Under the pieces are notes generated by a model. The model made no database searches and was not told the DNA's origin. It saw nothing but the letters and a program-made list of their open reading frames with translations. The translations under genes and the position numbers were made by a program. A stretch of DNA of 64,000 bases from assembly GCA_023247035.1 (NCBI GenBank), contig JAHFHG010000006.1, positions 298 to 64,297 on the forward strand, given 5' to 3'. Shown in pieces: positions 54,833 through 64,000 of this stretch (positions are counted from its first letter, which is position 1; every line of letters starts with the position of its first letter). Source of the DNA: Candidatus Omnitrophota bacterium (GTDB taxonomy: Bacteria > Omnitrophota > Omnitrophia > Omnitrophales > Aquincolibacteriaceae).

Positions 54833-55591
54833 ATGATTAACGCACAGTCCCTTACGATGCATTACGGAAGTTTTGTGGCGCTCGACCATGTTTCTTTTCA
54901 GGCGCGAGAAAAGGGAATCCTAGGGCTTCTGGGCCCGAACGGGGCCGGCAAGACCACGGCAATGCGCATTCTTACCACTTACCTTTATCCGACCTCGGGT
55001 ACCGCCACCGTGGATGGAATCGATATCCTTCAAAATCCGATTGAGGCCAGAAAACGGATCGGCTATCTTCCCGAGACCGCCCCGCTTTATTCGGATATGC
55101 AGGTCGAGGAATATCTCAAATTTGTCGGTCAGGCCCGGGGAATCGCAGGCGCGGCCTTGGAGGGCCGCATCGGCTGGGTCAAAGAGGCCTGCGGTGTCGG
55201 AGGCGTCTGGAAGCATACGATTTCCGAGCTTTCGAAAGGATACCGCCAGCGCGTGGGGCTGGCGCAAGCGCTCATCCACGATCCCAAAGTCTTGATCCTG
55301 GACGAGCCTACTTCAGGGCTTGATCCTCTTCAAATCATCGGCATCCGCGATCTCATCAAAGAACTTTCAAAAGAGAAAACGATTATTTTTTCCACGCACA
55401 TTCTTTCCGAAGTCGAAGCCATTGCCGACCGGATCGTCATTATCAATGAAGGGAAGATTGTTTCCCAGGGAACGCTCGCCGAACTCGCGGCGGAGGTGCG
55501 GTCGCGGGGTGAAGTCAAGCCGGGCCTGAGCCTGGAAGACGTTTTTATCGCGCTCCTCATGCCGAAAAGAAAAGAAAGAATAAAGGTGTAA
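54833..55591 (+). CDS. ABC transporter ATPase (GldA-like)
   Basis: GPNGAGKT, LSKGYRQRVGLAQA, ILDEPT, STH. Confidence 0.93.
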   Translation: MINAQSLTMHYGSFVALDHVSFQAREKGILGLLGPNGAGKTTAMRILTTYLYPTSGTATVDGIDILQNPIEARKRIGYLPETAPLYSDMQVEEYLKFVGQARGIAGAALEGRIGWVKEACGVGGVWKHTISELSKGYRQRVGLAQALIHDPKVLILDEPTSGLDPLQIIGIRDLIKELSKEKTIIFSTHILSEVEAIADRIVIINEGKIVSQGTLAELAAEVRSRGEVKPGLSLEDVFIALLMPKRKERIKV

Positions 55592-55596
55592 GGTTT

Positions 55597-58107
55597 ATGG
55601 GCGCCGTCCTTACGGTTTTCAAGCGGGAAATAGCGGCTTATTTTAACGTGGCCATTGCCTATATTTTCATTATTGTTTTTGTGCTCTTAAACGGCGGCCT
55701 TTTTATGACGCAATTTTTCATCATCGGCCTTTCGGATATGAGGCCTTTTTTTATCACGCTTCCTTTTATCCTTTCCGTTTTTCTGCCGGCCGTGACGATG
55801 AGGCTGTGGGCGGAAGAACGAAGAGGCAATACCTTAGAGCTGCTTCTTACATTCCCGATGGGGACCCACCAGCTTGTGATCGGAAAATTTTTGGCCGGCT
55901 TCGTATTTTACCTCGCCGCCCTTGCCGGCACTCTTGTGATTCCCTTGATGCAGGCGGTCCTCGGAAGGCCCGACGCAGGGATGATTTTCGGCGGCTATCT
56001 GGGCGCCGCGCTTTTAGGTTCTTTTTTTCTTGCGATCGGCATTTTTATTTCCGGCCTGTGCCGGGATCAGATTGTGGCCTTTATCCTGGCGATGATTGTT
56101 TGTTTCGGGTTACATTTATTAGGAACCGAATTTATGGCCTCCTCGATCGACGGCTGGATCCCGGGCCTTGGAAGTTTCCTGCGCCACTTTTTCGGCTCGT
56201 CCGGGCATTTTGAGTCCTTTGCCAAAGGGGTGGTCGATAACCGGGACGTGCTTTATTTTGCGATCGGGACGGCCATTTTTCTTGTTTTAAACGGATTTTG
56301 GCTCGAAGGCCGGATGAGGCCCGGGGCTAAAAAAATTTTTACGGCGGCCACGCTCATTTCAATCGGGATTTTTTTCTCCACCAACTGGCTTTTTTCCGGC
56401 ATCCCCCTCGGCCGCTTCGACCTTACGCAAGGAAACCTTTACACGATCTCGCCGGCCACGAAAAAGATACTCCGGGAGCTGAAGGCGCCGGTCACCGCTA
56501 AGTTTTACGTTTCCCCTTCGGATAAAATGCCGACCGGAATGAAGACGCTCGAACAGGACGTGATTGATAAACTCGATGAGTTGCGGATCGCCTCCAAAGG
56601 AAAATTCAATTATAAAATTTTTCATATGGAAGCCGCCAACATTGTTGAAGGCAAAGACCATGAAAAGCAAAAGGAGGAATCCCTCGAACAGCAGCTTCAA
56701 AGGAAAGGGATACAGCCTTTTCAGATCCGGGCGATTGAATCCGATGAGGTCGTGGTGCGGCTTGTGTACGCCGCGCTCAGCCTGGGATATAAAGAAAAGT
56801 CCGATGAAATGGTTCCCCGCATTACTCCGGATATGCTTAACGAGATGGAGTACCTGATCGCTTCGAAGGTCTACCGGATGACGCTGGCGCAAACGCCTAA
56901 ACTGGCTTTGGTCGCGCCGTATGAAGAAAAGAGCGTGGACCCGGAGTTGGCCGCGCTTCTTGCGCAGCTCGGCCAGCACGCTCCCGAGGGTTACCGCGAG
57001 GATCAATACGAACTTCTCCCCTTGGCCCTGGAATATGAAGGCTATCAGGTTTCCAGGATCCGTCTTACGGATAAAGATCCTATTCCGAAGGACACCAAGA
57101 CCCTTGTCCTGGTTGAGCCTGAAAACTTAACTGAGCGCCAGCGCTATGAAATCAACCGTTTCCTGCGCGGCGGCGGGTCGGTTTTTCTTGCCGTCCAGCA
57201 GTATATTTACAATTACGCCCCCTCGGGCAGAGAATTGGAGATTTTTCCCAAGAAAAATAATCCCGGAATCAACCCTCTTCTTTCCGCGTGGGGGTTTGAA
57301 GTGGATGAGCATATCCTTGTCGACGAACAGCACGACGTCATTAATATAAGCGGCGGCGCCCGGCTCGGCCCTTTTGAAGTTTCCGTTCCGGTGAAAGTTC
57401 CGATTCAAATTTTGATCACGGAAACGGGGATGAACCAGAATGTTTCGATCACCTCGCGGCTTTCGCCGATTTTTTATTTGTGGGGAACGGCGGTTAAAAT
57501 CAATGACGAAAAAATCAAATCTCAAAACGTGGAGGCCAAAACCCTTTTAAGTTCGAGCCCGCATTCCTGGACCGTTCCTTTTCAGCCCGGCGGCGTGTTA
57601 ACCCCCCGGCAGCTTCAGCTTCAGCCGGAAAGCCGGAAAGGGCCGCTGCCTGTGGCGGTTTTCGCTCAGGGACAATTTGCAGACGCGTTTGAAGGCAAGC
57701 CCGTGCCGGATTGGCCGCAAAAAAACAAGCCCGCCGAGGGGCAGCCGGCAGAAAAAGAAAACGCCGCTCCGCCGCCGGCGGCCATTACGCCTGCTCCCGG
57801 AAAGCTCATTTTGGCTGGCGCCGTGACATTTTTACAAAAGCAGTTGATTAAGAGCGGCGGGCATCTGAATTTCTTTTTGAATTCCGTCGATGCCCTTACG
57901 CTCGGCGATGAACTCGTCACGATCCGCTCCAAACAGCCGATCGACCGCTCGCTCGGGCGCGTCTCGGCGGCCTCGAAGGTGATCTGGCGGTTTTTCGTAA
58001 CCGTTTTTATCCCCCTTTGGATTGCCGTGATCGGAACCCTGCGGGTTTTCCTGAGAAAAAAGTCCAAACAAAATTATTTAAAAAACCTGGCCGCGGCCCG
58101 TTCTTAA
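55597..58107 (+). CDS. Fused ABC-2 permease and GldG-like auxiliary domain (GldF-GldG-like)
   Basis: TMRLWAEERRGNTLELLLT, then RFDLTQGNLYTISPATK..L...NSVDAL.....IRSK and a C-terminal TM. Confidence 0.85.
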   Translation: MGAVLTVFKREIAAYFNVAIAYIFIIVFVLLNGGLFMTQFFIIGLSDMRPFFITLPFILSVFLPAVTMRLWAEERRGNTLELLLTFPMGTHQLVIGKFLAGFVFYLAALAGTLVIPLMQAVLGRPDAGMIFGGYLGAALLGSFFLAIGIFISGLCRDQIVAFILAMIVCFGLHLLGTEFMASSIDGWIPGLGSFLRHFFGSSGHFESFAKGVVDNRDVLYFAIGTAIFLVLNGFWLEGRMRPGAKKIFTAATLISIGIFFSTNWLFSGIPLGRFDLTQGNLYTISPATKKILRELKAPVTAKFYVSPSDKMPTGMKTLEQDVIDKLDELRIASKGKFNYKIFHMEAANIVEGKDHEKQKEESLEQQLQRKGIQPFQIRAIESDEVVVRLVYAALSLGYKEKSDEMVPRITPDMLNEMEYLIASKVYRMTLAQTPKLALVAPYEEKSVDPELAALLAQLGQHAPEGYREDQYELLPLALEYEGYQVSRIRLTDKDPIPKDTKTLVLVEPENLTERQRYEINRFLRGGGSVFLAVQQYIYNYAPSGRELEIFPKKNNPGINPLLSAWGFEVDEHILVDEQHDVINISGGARLGPFEVSVPVKVPIQILITETGMNQNVSITSRLSPIFYLWGTAVKINDEKIKSQNVEAKTLLSSSPHSWTVPFQPGGVLTPRQLQLQPESRKGPLPVAVFAQGQFADAFEGKPVPDWPQKNKPAEGQPAEKENAAPPPAAITPAPGKLILAGAVTFLQKQLIKSGGHLNFFLNSVDALTLGDELVTIRSKQPIDRSLGRVSAASKVIWRFFVTVFIPLWIAVIGTLRVFLRKKSKQNYLKNLAAARS

Positions 58108-58108
58108 G

Positions 58109-59494
58109 ATGAAACTCAAACAAGTCCTTATTTTGGGCGGTATTTTCATCCTCTTGATGCTCGGAGTTTTTATCAAGAATCTTCAGAAGCCTGCCGAGCT
58201 GGCTACCGAAGCTTATGTTCCTCTGAATCTCTCCTTGGACCGGGACAGGATTGCCAAGATCAAGATCGAAAAGGCGCCGGGCTCGAAAGAAAATCAAGAG
58301 CCGGCCGTCGCTTCCACGGAGCTTGTGAAGGAAAATGATCAGTGGAAGGTTGCCGCGCTTTCCAATGCGCGCGCGGACCAAAAGAAAATCGAAGACTTTC
58401 TGGCCGAGATCCATCAAGCCAAAGGCGAGCTGAGAGGAGAAGGGAAAGAACTTTTCGGTGATTTTGGGATTCAGGACGAAGGGACTTTTCACGTTCTTCT
58501 CCAGGACGCCGCGGGCGTCTCTATTTTGAATCTCGTTCTCGGCAATAAAAAAGCGGACGGTTCGATTTTTATCCGTAAAAAAGACCGCGAAGAAATTTAC
58601 CTGACCGAAGCCGATCTGTTCAGTCTGATGGGGATTTACGGCGATCCCGAAAACGAAACTCCGGATCCCCATTACTGGGCGGCGGCTGATCTTATTTCTA
58701 TAGATCCCGCGAAGCTCGAGCGTTTGGAAATCCGCCGTTTTAAGGCCGGCAAAGATATTTTGACGGCCAGCGTCGTGAAGGATCCCCAGGATAAAAAGTG
58801 GAAGTACGCGCGCCAGACGTCCCCTTTTTCTTTGGAACATGAAAAGGTTCGGCAATTTTTGACCGCGATGAAGAATACGAAGGCCCAAAAGGTATTGGAT
58901 CCTAAAGCGCAGGATTACGGATTCTCAAAGCCGGCCTGGCAGATGAAGCTGGGTCTTGAGGGCGGACAGGAAATTGTGGTGACGGCTGCGGCCGCCGATC
59001 CCAAAACGAATACTCATACTGTCCAAGTCTCTACCGAGCCGGCTGTTTTTCAGGTTGCAAAATACCAACTTGAAAATTTGGACATTGATGACAGCCGTTT
59101 TTTTGCGGACAATCCTTTCAAAGTGGAGGCCGGAAAGATCGAAAAACTCGTCGTCCGCGCGGGTAAAGCCCAGCTTTCTTTCAAGCCTAAAGAAAAAAAG
59201 TGGCAGGGTTTGGAAAATTATTTAAACGATCTGAAAAATTTCAAAGTCGAACGGCTTCTCTTTGACGCCGAAGAGCAGAAGAAAGTAAGCTCGCCGGGCG
59301 GATCCTGGATCGAGATTCAGCGCGAGGGCGAGCCTTTGCAAACGCTGGATGCCGGAGCCTTGATCTCGCAGGCGAGCAAAGAATACGCGGCTTTAAAACG
59401 CAATACCTTCCAGCCTTTCGCCATTTCAGAGTCTGTTTTCAAGCAGCTTTTCGAGAATTTGGAACGCCTCGCCGAGCCCAAGACGGCTGCTTAA
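58109..59494 (+). CDS. DUF4340-type protein of the Gld-like ABC operon
   Basis: N-terminal TM and repeated W.....AD...I..FL...DFGI/DYGF..P units; operon context. Confidence 0.75.
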   Translation: MKLKQVLILGGIFILLMLGVFIKNLQKPAELATEAYVPLNLSLDRDRIAKIKIEKAPGSKENQEPAVASTELVKENDQWKVAALSNARADQKKIEDFLAEIHQAKGELRGEGKELFGDFGIQDEGTFHVLLQDAAGVSILNLVLGNKKADGSIFIRKKDREEIYLTEADLFSLMGIYGDPENETPDPHYWAAADLISIDPAKLERLEIRRFKAGKDILTASVVKDPQDKKWKYARQTSPFSLEHEKVRQFLTAMKNTKAQKVLDPKAQDYGFSKPAWQMKLGLEGGQEIVVTAAAADPKTNTHTVQVSTEPAVFQVAKYQLENLDIDDSRFFADNPFKVEAGKIEKLVVRAGKAQLSFKPKEKKWQGLENYLNDLKNFKVERLLFDAEEQKKVSSPGGSWIEIQREGEPLQTLDAGALISQASKEYAALKRNTFQPFAISESVFKQLFENLERLAEPKTAA

Positions 59495-59605
59495 GCTTGG
59501 AATAGCGGGAAATTTTTTTTGTGCCGCCCCCTATTCTTTCCAAAAACCGAGCGTCAACTCGCCGCAATACCGGGGATTTAAATCTCTAACCTCTTCAGGC
59601 GGCTC

Positions 59606-60370
59606 GTGAAAATAATGATCGCTTCAATGATTTTCTTTCCGGAAAAGGATTTTTATGAAACCCCCGAAGATTACGATTGCGTCTATGAGAACGTGTATCT
59701 TCAGGCCGAAGACGGCGTCCCTTTGTTTGGATGGTTTCTGACCGCCGCCGGGCCGGCCGCGAAAGGAACGCTTTTATTCACGCACGGCAATGCCGGCAAT
59801 ATTTCGAGCCGTTTGTATAAAGCGACGGGATGGATCAAACGCGGATTTTCCGTTTTTTTGATCGACTACCGCGGCTACGGAAAAAGCGGGGGAACGGTTC
59901 AAAATTCCAAAGATATTCTCCGGGACGCCCAGGCGGGTTTGAAGTGGCTCCGCGAAGAAAAAAAACTCCCGCTTTCGGAAATCATTTTATACGGGGAATC
60001 GCTGGGAACTTATCCGGCCATCCGGCTGGGAGCTGAAAATAGGGTCTTATCCGTTGTTCTGGAAGCTCCGTTTACTTCATTCCTGGATCTTGCCGGGATT
60101 CATTATCCTTATGTTCCTAAAGCGCTCATGAGGGATTTCGAATTTGAAAATGAAAAGTACGTTTCAGACCTCCAATCGCCTGTTTTTATCTTGCACGGCA
60201 AGCAGGACGAAATCTGCCCTTATACGATGTCCGAAACATTGTTCCAGAAAGCGCCCGAACCCAAAGAACTTTTTTGCGTCCGCAGCGGGACTCATAATGA
60301 TTTGGCGGCAAGCGCCGGGGAAGATTTTTGGCGGCGGCCCTGCGAATTTCTAATGCGGAATAAAAAGTAG
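59606..60370 (+). CDS. Alpha/beta hydrolase (ABHD13/BEM46-like)
   Basis: HGNAGN, DYRGYGKS, GESLG, HGKQDE, GTHND. Confidence 0.9.
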   Translation: MKIMIASMIFFPEKDFYETPEDYDCVYENVYLQAEDGVPLFGWFLTAAGPAAKGTLLFTHGNAGNISSRLYKATGWIKRGFSVFLIDYRGYGKSGGTVQNSKDILRDAQAGLKWLREEKKLPLSEIILYGESLGTYPAIRLGAENRVLSVVLEAPFTSFLDLAGIHYPYVPKALMRDFEFENEKYVSDLQSPVFILHGKQDEICPYTMSETLFQKAPEPKELFCVRSGTHNDLAASAGEDFWRRPCEFLMRNKK

Positions 60371-60377
60371 ATTTGGC

Positions 60378-62495
60378 TTAAGCCGCCTTCTTGAGAAGGC
60401 CTTGCCGAAGGTAAGACTCGCGGAGCCAATTTTCCAAGCGGTTCAGCATTTCTGACGTGAAAGCATTAAGCGAACTAAAACGGGGATCGGTGGATTCCAG
60501 AATCGGCCGCGCCAGCATCACTCCCGCGATCCGGATCGTTGGAATAAAGAGAATATTCCCATTCCGTTTGAGTTCCGGATACTCCGGACCCAGAACCGCG
60601 ACCAGATTGTTTTTCGCCTCCCTTGCCGCGGTTGCTTCTAAATTTTCTCCCGGGACCCTTTTTATGGCAGCGCTTACTCCAAGGATCTCGTCGGGAATGT
60701 TCTCAGAAGTGCCGCCCAGGAGGACGACGGTGTTTTCTTTTTTGGAGAAGATTTCACGAGTCCATAGAATCCTGGCGAACGGATTGTTCTTAAAAATTTC
60801 CGTGAGGTCGTTTTCTTTGATCAGATAGACGACCCGCCTTTTTCCTTCTTGAAGCTTCACGAGGTCCCGGAAAACCCCCCTTTGTTCTTCCTGCGAAAGG
60901 TTCTCGAAATTTAAATCCGCGGAGCCCGGCGTTTCAGACGCAGGAGCAGGAATAAATTTTTGAGGAAGGCCGGTTCCCGCCGCTACTTTTTTGGCTTCGG
61001 TAAGATTTTTATTTCTCTTGAATTCTAAAACTGCGAGAGGCAAACGGTCATCAAAACGATCAGCGACGTAATTCAGAGGAAAAGCCAGGGCATGAGCGTC
61101 CACAGGACCGATTTTTAATTTTTCGAAATAGACCGCCTCGTTCGGGGCTTCGCCGGCCAGGTCCGGAGTAATGACCAGATAAGAAATCCCCGCCTTCTCC
61201 AGCCGCTCGCTTAAGCCCTCGGTATGAAAGCCGCCGGTGACGACCGCGATATTCTGGCTCAGCTTGGGATTGCTCATTATTTTTTCGAAGAAGACAGCGT
61301 CTCTTTTCTTGGCGATTTCGTAGAAGCGCAGCCCCAAATTCAAGGCCTCGCCCAGGCCCTCTTTTTGGATGTCGCGATTCAGCGCTTCCGCCTCCGTTTG
61401 ATAAATTTTGAGATCGTCCGGAGCGGCCTGAAACAGAATGATTTTCTTGGCCAGTTCAAAGCGCCCGGCCCGTTGGTCCAGATTCTTTTCTTCCTCCTTC
61501 GTGACCAGCTTTTCCTTCACGCGGCCGATCACCTCATCCAATTGGGCGAAAAGGGCGCGGTGCAAGATATGATCCTGAATTTTCATGAGCTTCAGATATT
61601 TTTGAAGCTCGGGATAAAACTGGAGTTTTTCTGCGGGAACCTTGCCGCTTCTCAAGAGCTCTTCGAAGGAGAGGCGTTTGCTTTTATAAGCCTGAACCAG
61701 CCGGTTTCCTTCCGCCTTTAACTTTTCCTTGTTCAGCGATTTTTCCCCGCTCAGGGCGTTTTTCAGAAGGACAATCTGATCAAAAGGGGAAAGGTCGACG
61801 CCGAGCGCTTCGGTTTTCGAAATCAGGGCCGGCAAAAATTTTTCGGCCTTTTTCCCTTTTCGGAATTCTGAAAGGGCTTGATCGAAAATCCGGAAATCAG
61901 GGCTGAAAATTTTCTCTTTCAGCCGGTCCGTTTCCTGATCCGAGGCGGCGATTTGTTTGAGGATTTTTTCCCGTTTGGAGATGTGCTGCAGATAAATTTT
62001 CCGGTTCTCTTCGTAGAGTTTTCCGTCCTCAATTCCGATCAAGGTCATGGGCATTTTTGAAAACAGCGCGGCGTATCCCGGCCCGGTCAGATAGTGATCT
62101 TCGAGAAGGGCGCGCGCCAGCATTTGTTTCTCGGAGGAACCCGGCAGCGCCCAGCTTTTCGGAAGGCTTGTGGAGTGCCAGCTTCCCTCCACGGCCACAG
62201 TTTTGATTCCGTAAGCTGCGTTGAGCTGATCCAGAATGGCGGCGATATTTTCCTGGGCGGCAAAGTGGGCGTGCACATCCTGAATGTGGACCACCCATCG
62301 GGAACTTTTTCCCGGAGATCGCGTCTCGACTTTTCCCAGCGATTCAGAGATCGCGAGGCTGGACAGGTCAAGCGTGTTCTCCTGTGAAGCCTCAGCCTTT
62401 TCAGGGACGGGCGGGGCACCAAGGGCCCCGTAGGGCAGAGTGAGACAGGCCGCGGCGAGCAAGATAAGAAGGGAAACCCTGTATTTTAGGTTCAT
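60378..62495 (-). CDS. Secreted protein with EreA/ChaN/TraB (TIKI)-fold-like motifs and a large helical insert
   Basis: Signal peptide. HIQDVH, VAVEG, IGIED, KRD and VVTGGFHTEGL appear in the order expected for the superfamily. Confidence 0.6.
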   Translation of the reverse strand: MNLKYRVSLLILLAAACLTLPYGALGAPPVPEKAEASQENTLDLSSLAISESLGKVETRSPGKSSRWVVHIQDVHAHFAAQENIAAILDQLNAAYGIKTVAVEGSWHSTSLPKSWALPGSSEKQMLARALLEDHYLTGPGYAALFSKMPMTLIGIEDGKLYEENRKIYLQHISKREKILKQIAASDQETDRLKEKIFSPDFRIFDQALSEFRKGKKAEKFLPALISKTEALGVDLSPFDQIVLLKNALSGEKSLNKEKLKAEGNRLVQAYKSKRLSFEELLRSGKVPAEKLQFYPELQKYLKLMKIQDHILHRALFAQLDEVIGRVKEKLVTKEEEKNLDQRAGRFELAKKIILFQAAPDDLKIYQTEAEALNRDIQKEGLGEALNLGLRFYEIAKKRDAVFFEKIMSNPKLSQNIAVVTGGFHTEGLSERLEKAGISYLVITPDLAGEAPNEAVYFEKLKIGPVDAHALAFPLNYVADRFDDRLPLAVLEFKRNKNLTEAKKVAAGTGLPQKFIPAPASETPGSADLNFENLSQEEQRGVFRDLVKLQEGKRRVVYLIKENDLTEIFKNNPFARILWTREIFSKKENTVVLLGGTSENIPDEILGVSAAIKRVPGENLEATAAREAKNNLVAVLGPEYPELKRNGNILFIPTIRIAGVMLARPILESTDPRFSSLNAFTSEMLNRLENWLRESYLRQGLLKKAA

Positions 62496-62509
62496 AAAAA
62501 TCCCGCAAA

Positions 62510-62538
62510 ATTATACCCTGCCTTCTTCCAAAAGGCAA
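62510..62538 (-). promoter_or_regulatory. sigma70-type promoter of the TIKI-like gene
   Basis: TTGCCT-17nt-TATAAT, 14 nt before the ATG. Confidence 0.6.
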
Positions 62539-62670
62539 AGTTTCCCCTTTTGGCGAATTTGAAGGTTTGGATCGCCGAACACACCGACCGTCTTGCAGGG
62601 TAAGGAGCGTAGGTTCTGAACTTGAGGTCGTCAGATTTTTGCAGGCCCAGCCTATCCAGAAAACCTAAAT

Positions 62671-63999
62671 CTATTTCGTAAACTCGGCGGTGTTGTAGTA
62701 AAGCTGATATTGTGCACGCGTCTGGAGTCTATCATCTACCCAAACGATTGCCGAATGGCCGTTTTGATTGCAGCGTATGACGGCATATCTCGCATATGTA
62801 GTTCGCCCAGGGTCAACGGAATCTACCTGGGCACCAGCAGTTTCATATACCCATGTTTGTCCATAATCTTCCGATGCGTTCATATGAATATGGGCATCAG
62901 GGAAAGTCGAACTGGTAACTACATAAATTTTACCATTTCCGTCAGCGGCTAATCTTATCGCCAAATTCGCAGGGAGCCTGGGTGGTGTAATAATTGCAGT
63001 TGTAGAACCCCACGTAGTTCCGTAATCAGAAGATAAATTGAAACCTACGCGCTCATTGAAGAGTTCCCTGTCTCTCAGGGAAAACGCCACATAAACGTGT
63101 CCTTGATTATCAGTAGCTAAGAGGTCAGGAGCTTCAAACACATTCAAGGAAGAAAACCATACATCGAATAAGGGAGATTCGCCGATTATTTGATCTTCCT
63201 TCTGCCATGTTTGACCGCCATCAGGGGAACGATTTAAAGCTAATCGTTTGTTCCGTTGCGTCCATTCTTCCCAAGCAATATAAACCATTCCATTTTGATC
63301 AGAAGCCATTGCATAATCAATGTGTGTAATATTCGGCCCTGACGGGTAAAAGTTACGGTCAATTTGATTGGCAACCGACGGCCACGTTTCCCCATAATCC
63401 GTTGAACGTTTAAAATAAACATGAGACGGTCTTGTCGAAGCTGGCTTACTTATCCAAGCTAGATAAACAAGGCCGTCTCTTCCTAAGGCAAGGGCGGGAT
63501 GACGTGGATTATATGGAAAAGTAAATTTGGACAATTGAACATCTTGAGGCAGCCAAGTAGTTCCATAATCTAGGGAGCGGTTGAAGGCAAGGACGTTATT
63601 GACGTTATTTCTTTCCGGTTTTCCAATCCAAGCCACATAAACTCCTCCTTGGTTGTCACAGCGAAGAACAGGTTCGAAATTTTGGTAGTAAATTTGTTGA
63701 TTAATTCTCGTTGGAGTACTCCAGGACATTCCATAATTAAATGATACTGCAGAATAAAGTGAAGTATTCTGAGGGCTTGTCACTTTATCCCAAACCGAAA
63801 TAATGGTGCCTTTCTGCGGAGTACACATTACTGGCGAGCCGAGACCTTCATTATCTGGCGCACTATCAATAAGCACTTCATCTCCAATAGGTGATTCCAT
63901 CCAATAGGTCCTTGTTTTGATAAAATGCCCAGCGATCTTTCTCTCATGCCAAATTATGAAATCATAACCTTCGTTATCGCTGACTACTGACGCCTCAAA
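62671..63999 (-). CDS. BNR/Asp-box beta-propeller (sialidase-like) protein, 5'-truncated by the window
   Basis: Six Asp boxes (SFNYGMSW, SLDYGTTW, STDYGETW, SPDGGQTW, SSDYGTTW, SEDYGQTW). Frame stays open to the window end. Visibly lower GC. Confidence 0.8.
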   Translation of the reverse strand, partial: FEASVVSDNEGYDFIIWHERKIAGHFIKTRTYWMESPIGDEVLIDSAPDNEGLGSPVMCTPQKGTIISVWDKVTSPQNTSLYSAVSFNYGMSWSTPTRINQQIYYQNFEPVLRCDNQGGVYVAWIGKPERNNVNNVLAFNRSLDYGTTWLPQDVQLSKFTFPYNPRHPALALGRDGLVYLAWISKPASTRPSHVYFKRSTDYGETWPSVANQIDRNFYPSGPNITHIDYAMASDQNGMVYIAWEEWTQRNKRLALNRSPDGGQTWQKEDQIIGESPLFDVWFSSLNVFEAPDLLATDNQGHVYVAFSLRDRELFNERVGFNLSSDYGTTWGSTTAIITPPRLPANLAIRLAADGNGKIYVVTSSTFPDAHIHMNASEDYGQTWVYETAGAQVDSVDPGRTTYARYAVIRCNQNGHSAIVWVDDRLQTRAQYQLYYNTAEFTK

Positions 64000-64000
64000 G

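Noticed and set aside
1-64000. CRISPR arrays, tRNA, rRNA, transposase or integrase genes
   Set aside because: No regularly spaced repeats, cloverleaf or T-loop signatures, rRNA motifs or recombinase motifs were seen by eye.

Overview
Bacterial chromosomal window from a diderm (roughly 50-55% GC by eye). Gene style suggests Candidatus Omnitrophota or a related lineage, but this is inference because no rRNA is present. The window opens in the C-terminal 1,068 codons of a very large modular protein, with a nucleotidyltransferase-like module and RSE(V/L)R spacers. Next come exported hydrolases: an alpha/beta-hydrolase lipoprotein, an S8 protease with atypical motifs, and a neutral-ceramidase/C45 Ntn-hydrolase fusion. 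They are followed by a lipoprotein - TPR/beta-barrel - FecR - CHASE2 kinase - response regulator block and a GH144-CBM9 / XRE / TolC-MFP-2xRND / HAMP cluster. After a candidate ~116-nt ncRNA and a low-GC islet comes housekeeping DNA: nusA-infB-rbfA-DHH-truB-ribF (no rimP), split transketolase, ggt, Nudix, FAD/Fe-S oxidoreductase and surA-pdxA-rsmA. The window ends with a Gld-like ABC system, a secreted EreA/ChaN/TraB(TIKI)-fold protein and a truncated Asp-box protein. Several families of small palindromic repeats are present. No CRISPR array, tRNA, rRNA or transposase was seen. Best candidates for new biology are the RSExR-punctuated giant protein with a possible TIKI-fold processing enzyme, the sigma-less FecR/CHASE2 trans-envelope relay, and the glucanase-coupled heteromeric RND system.
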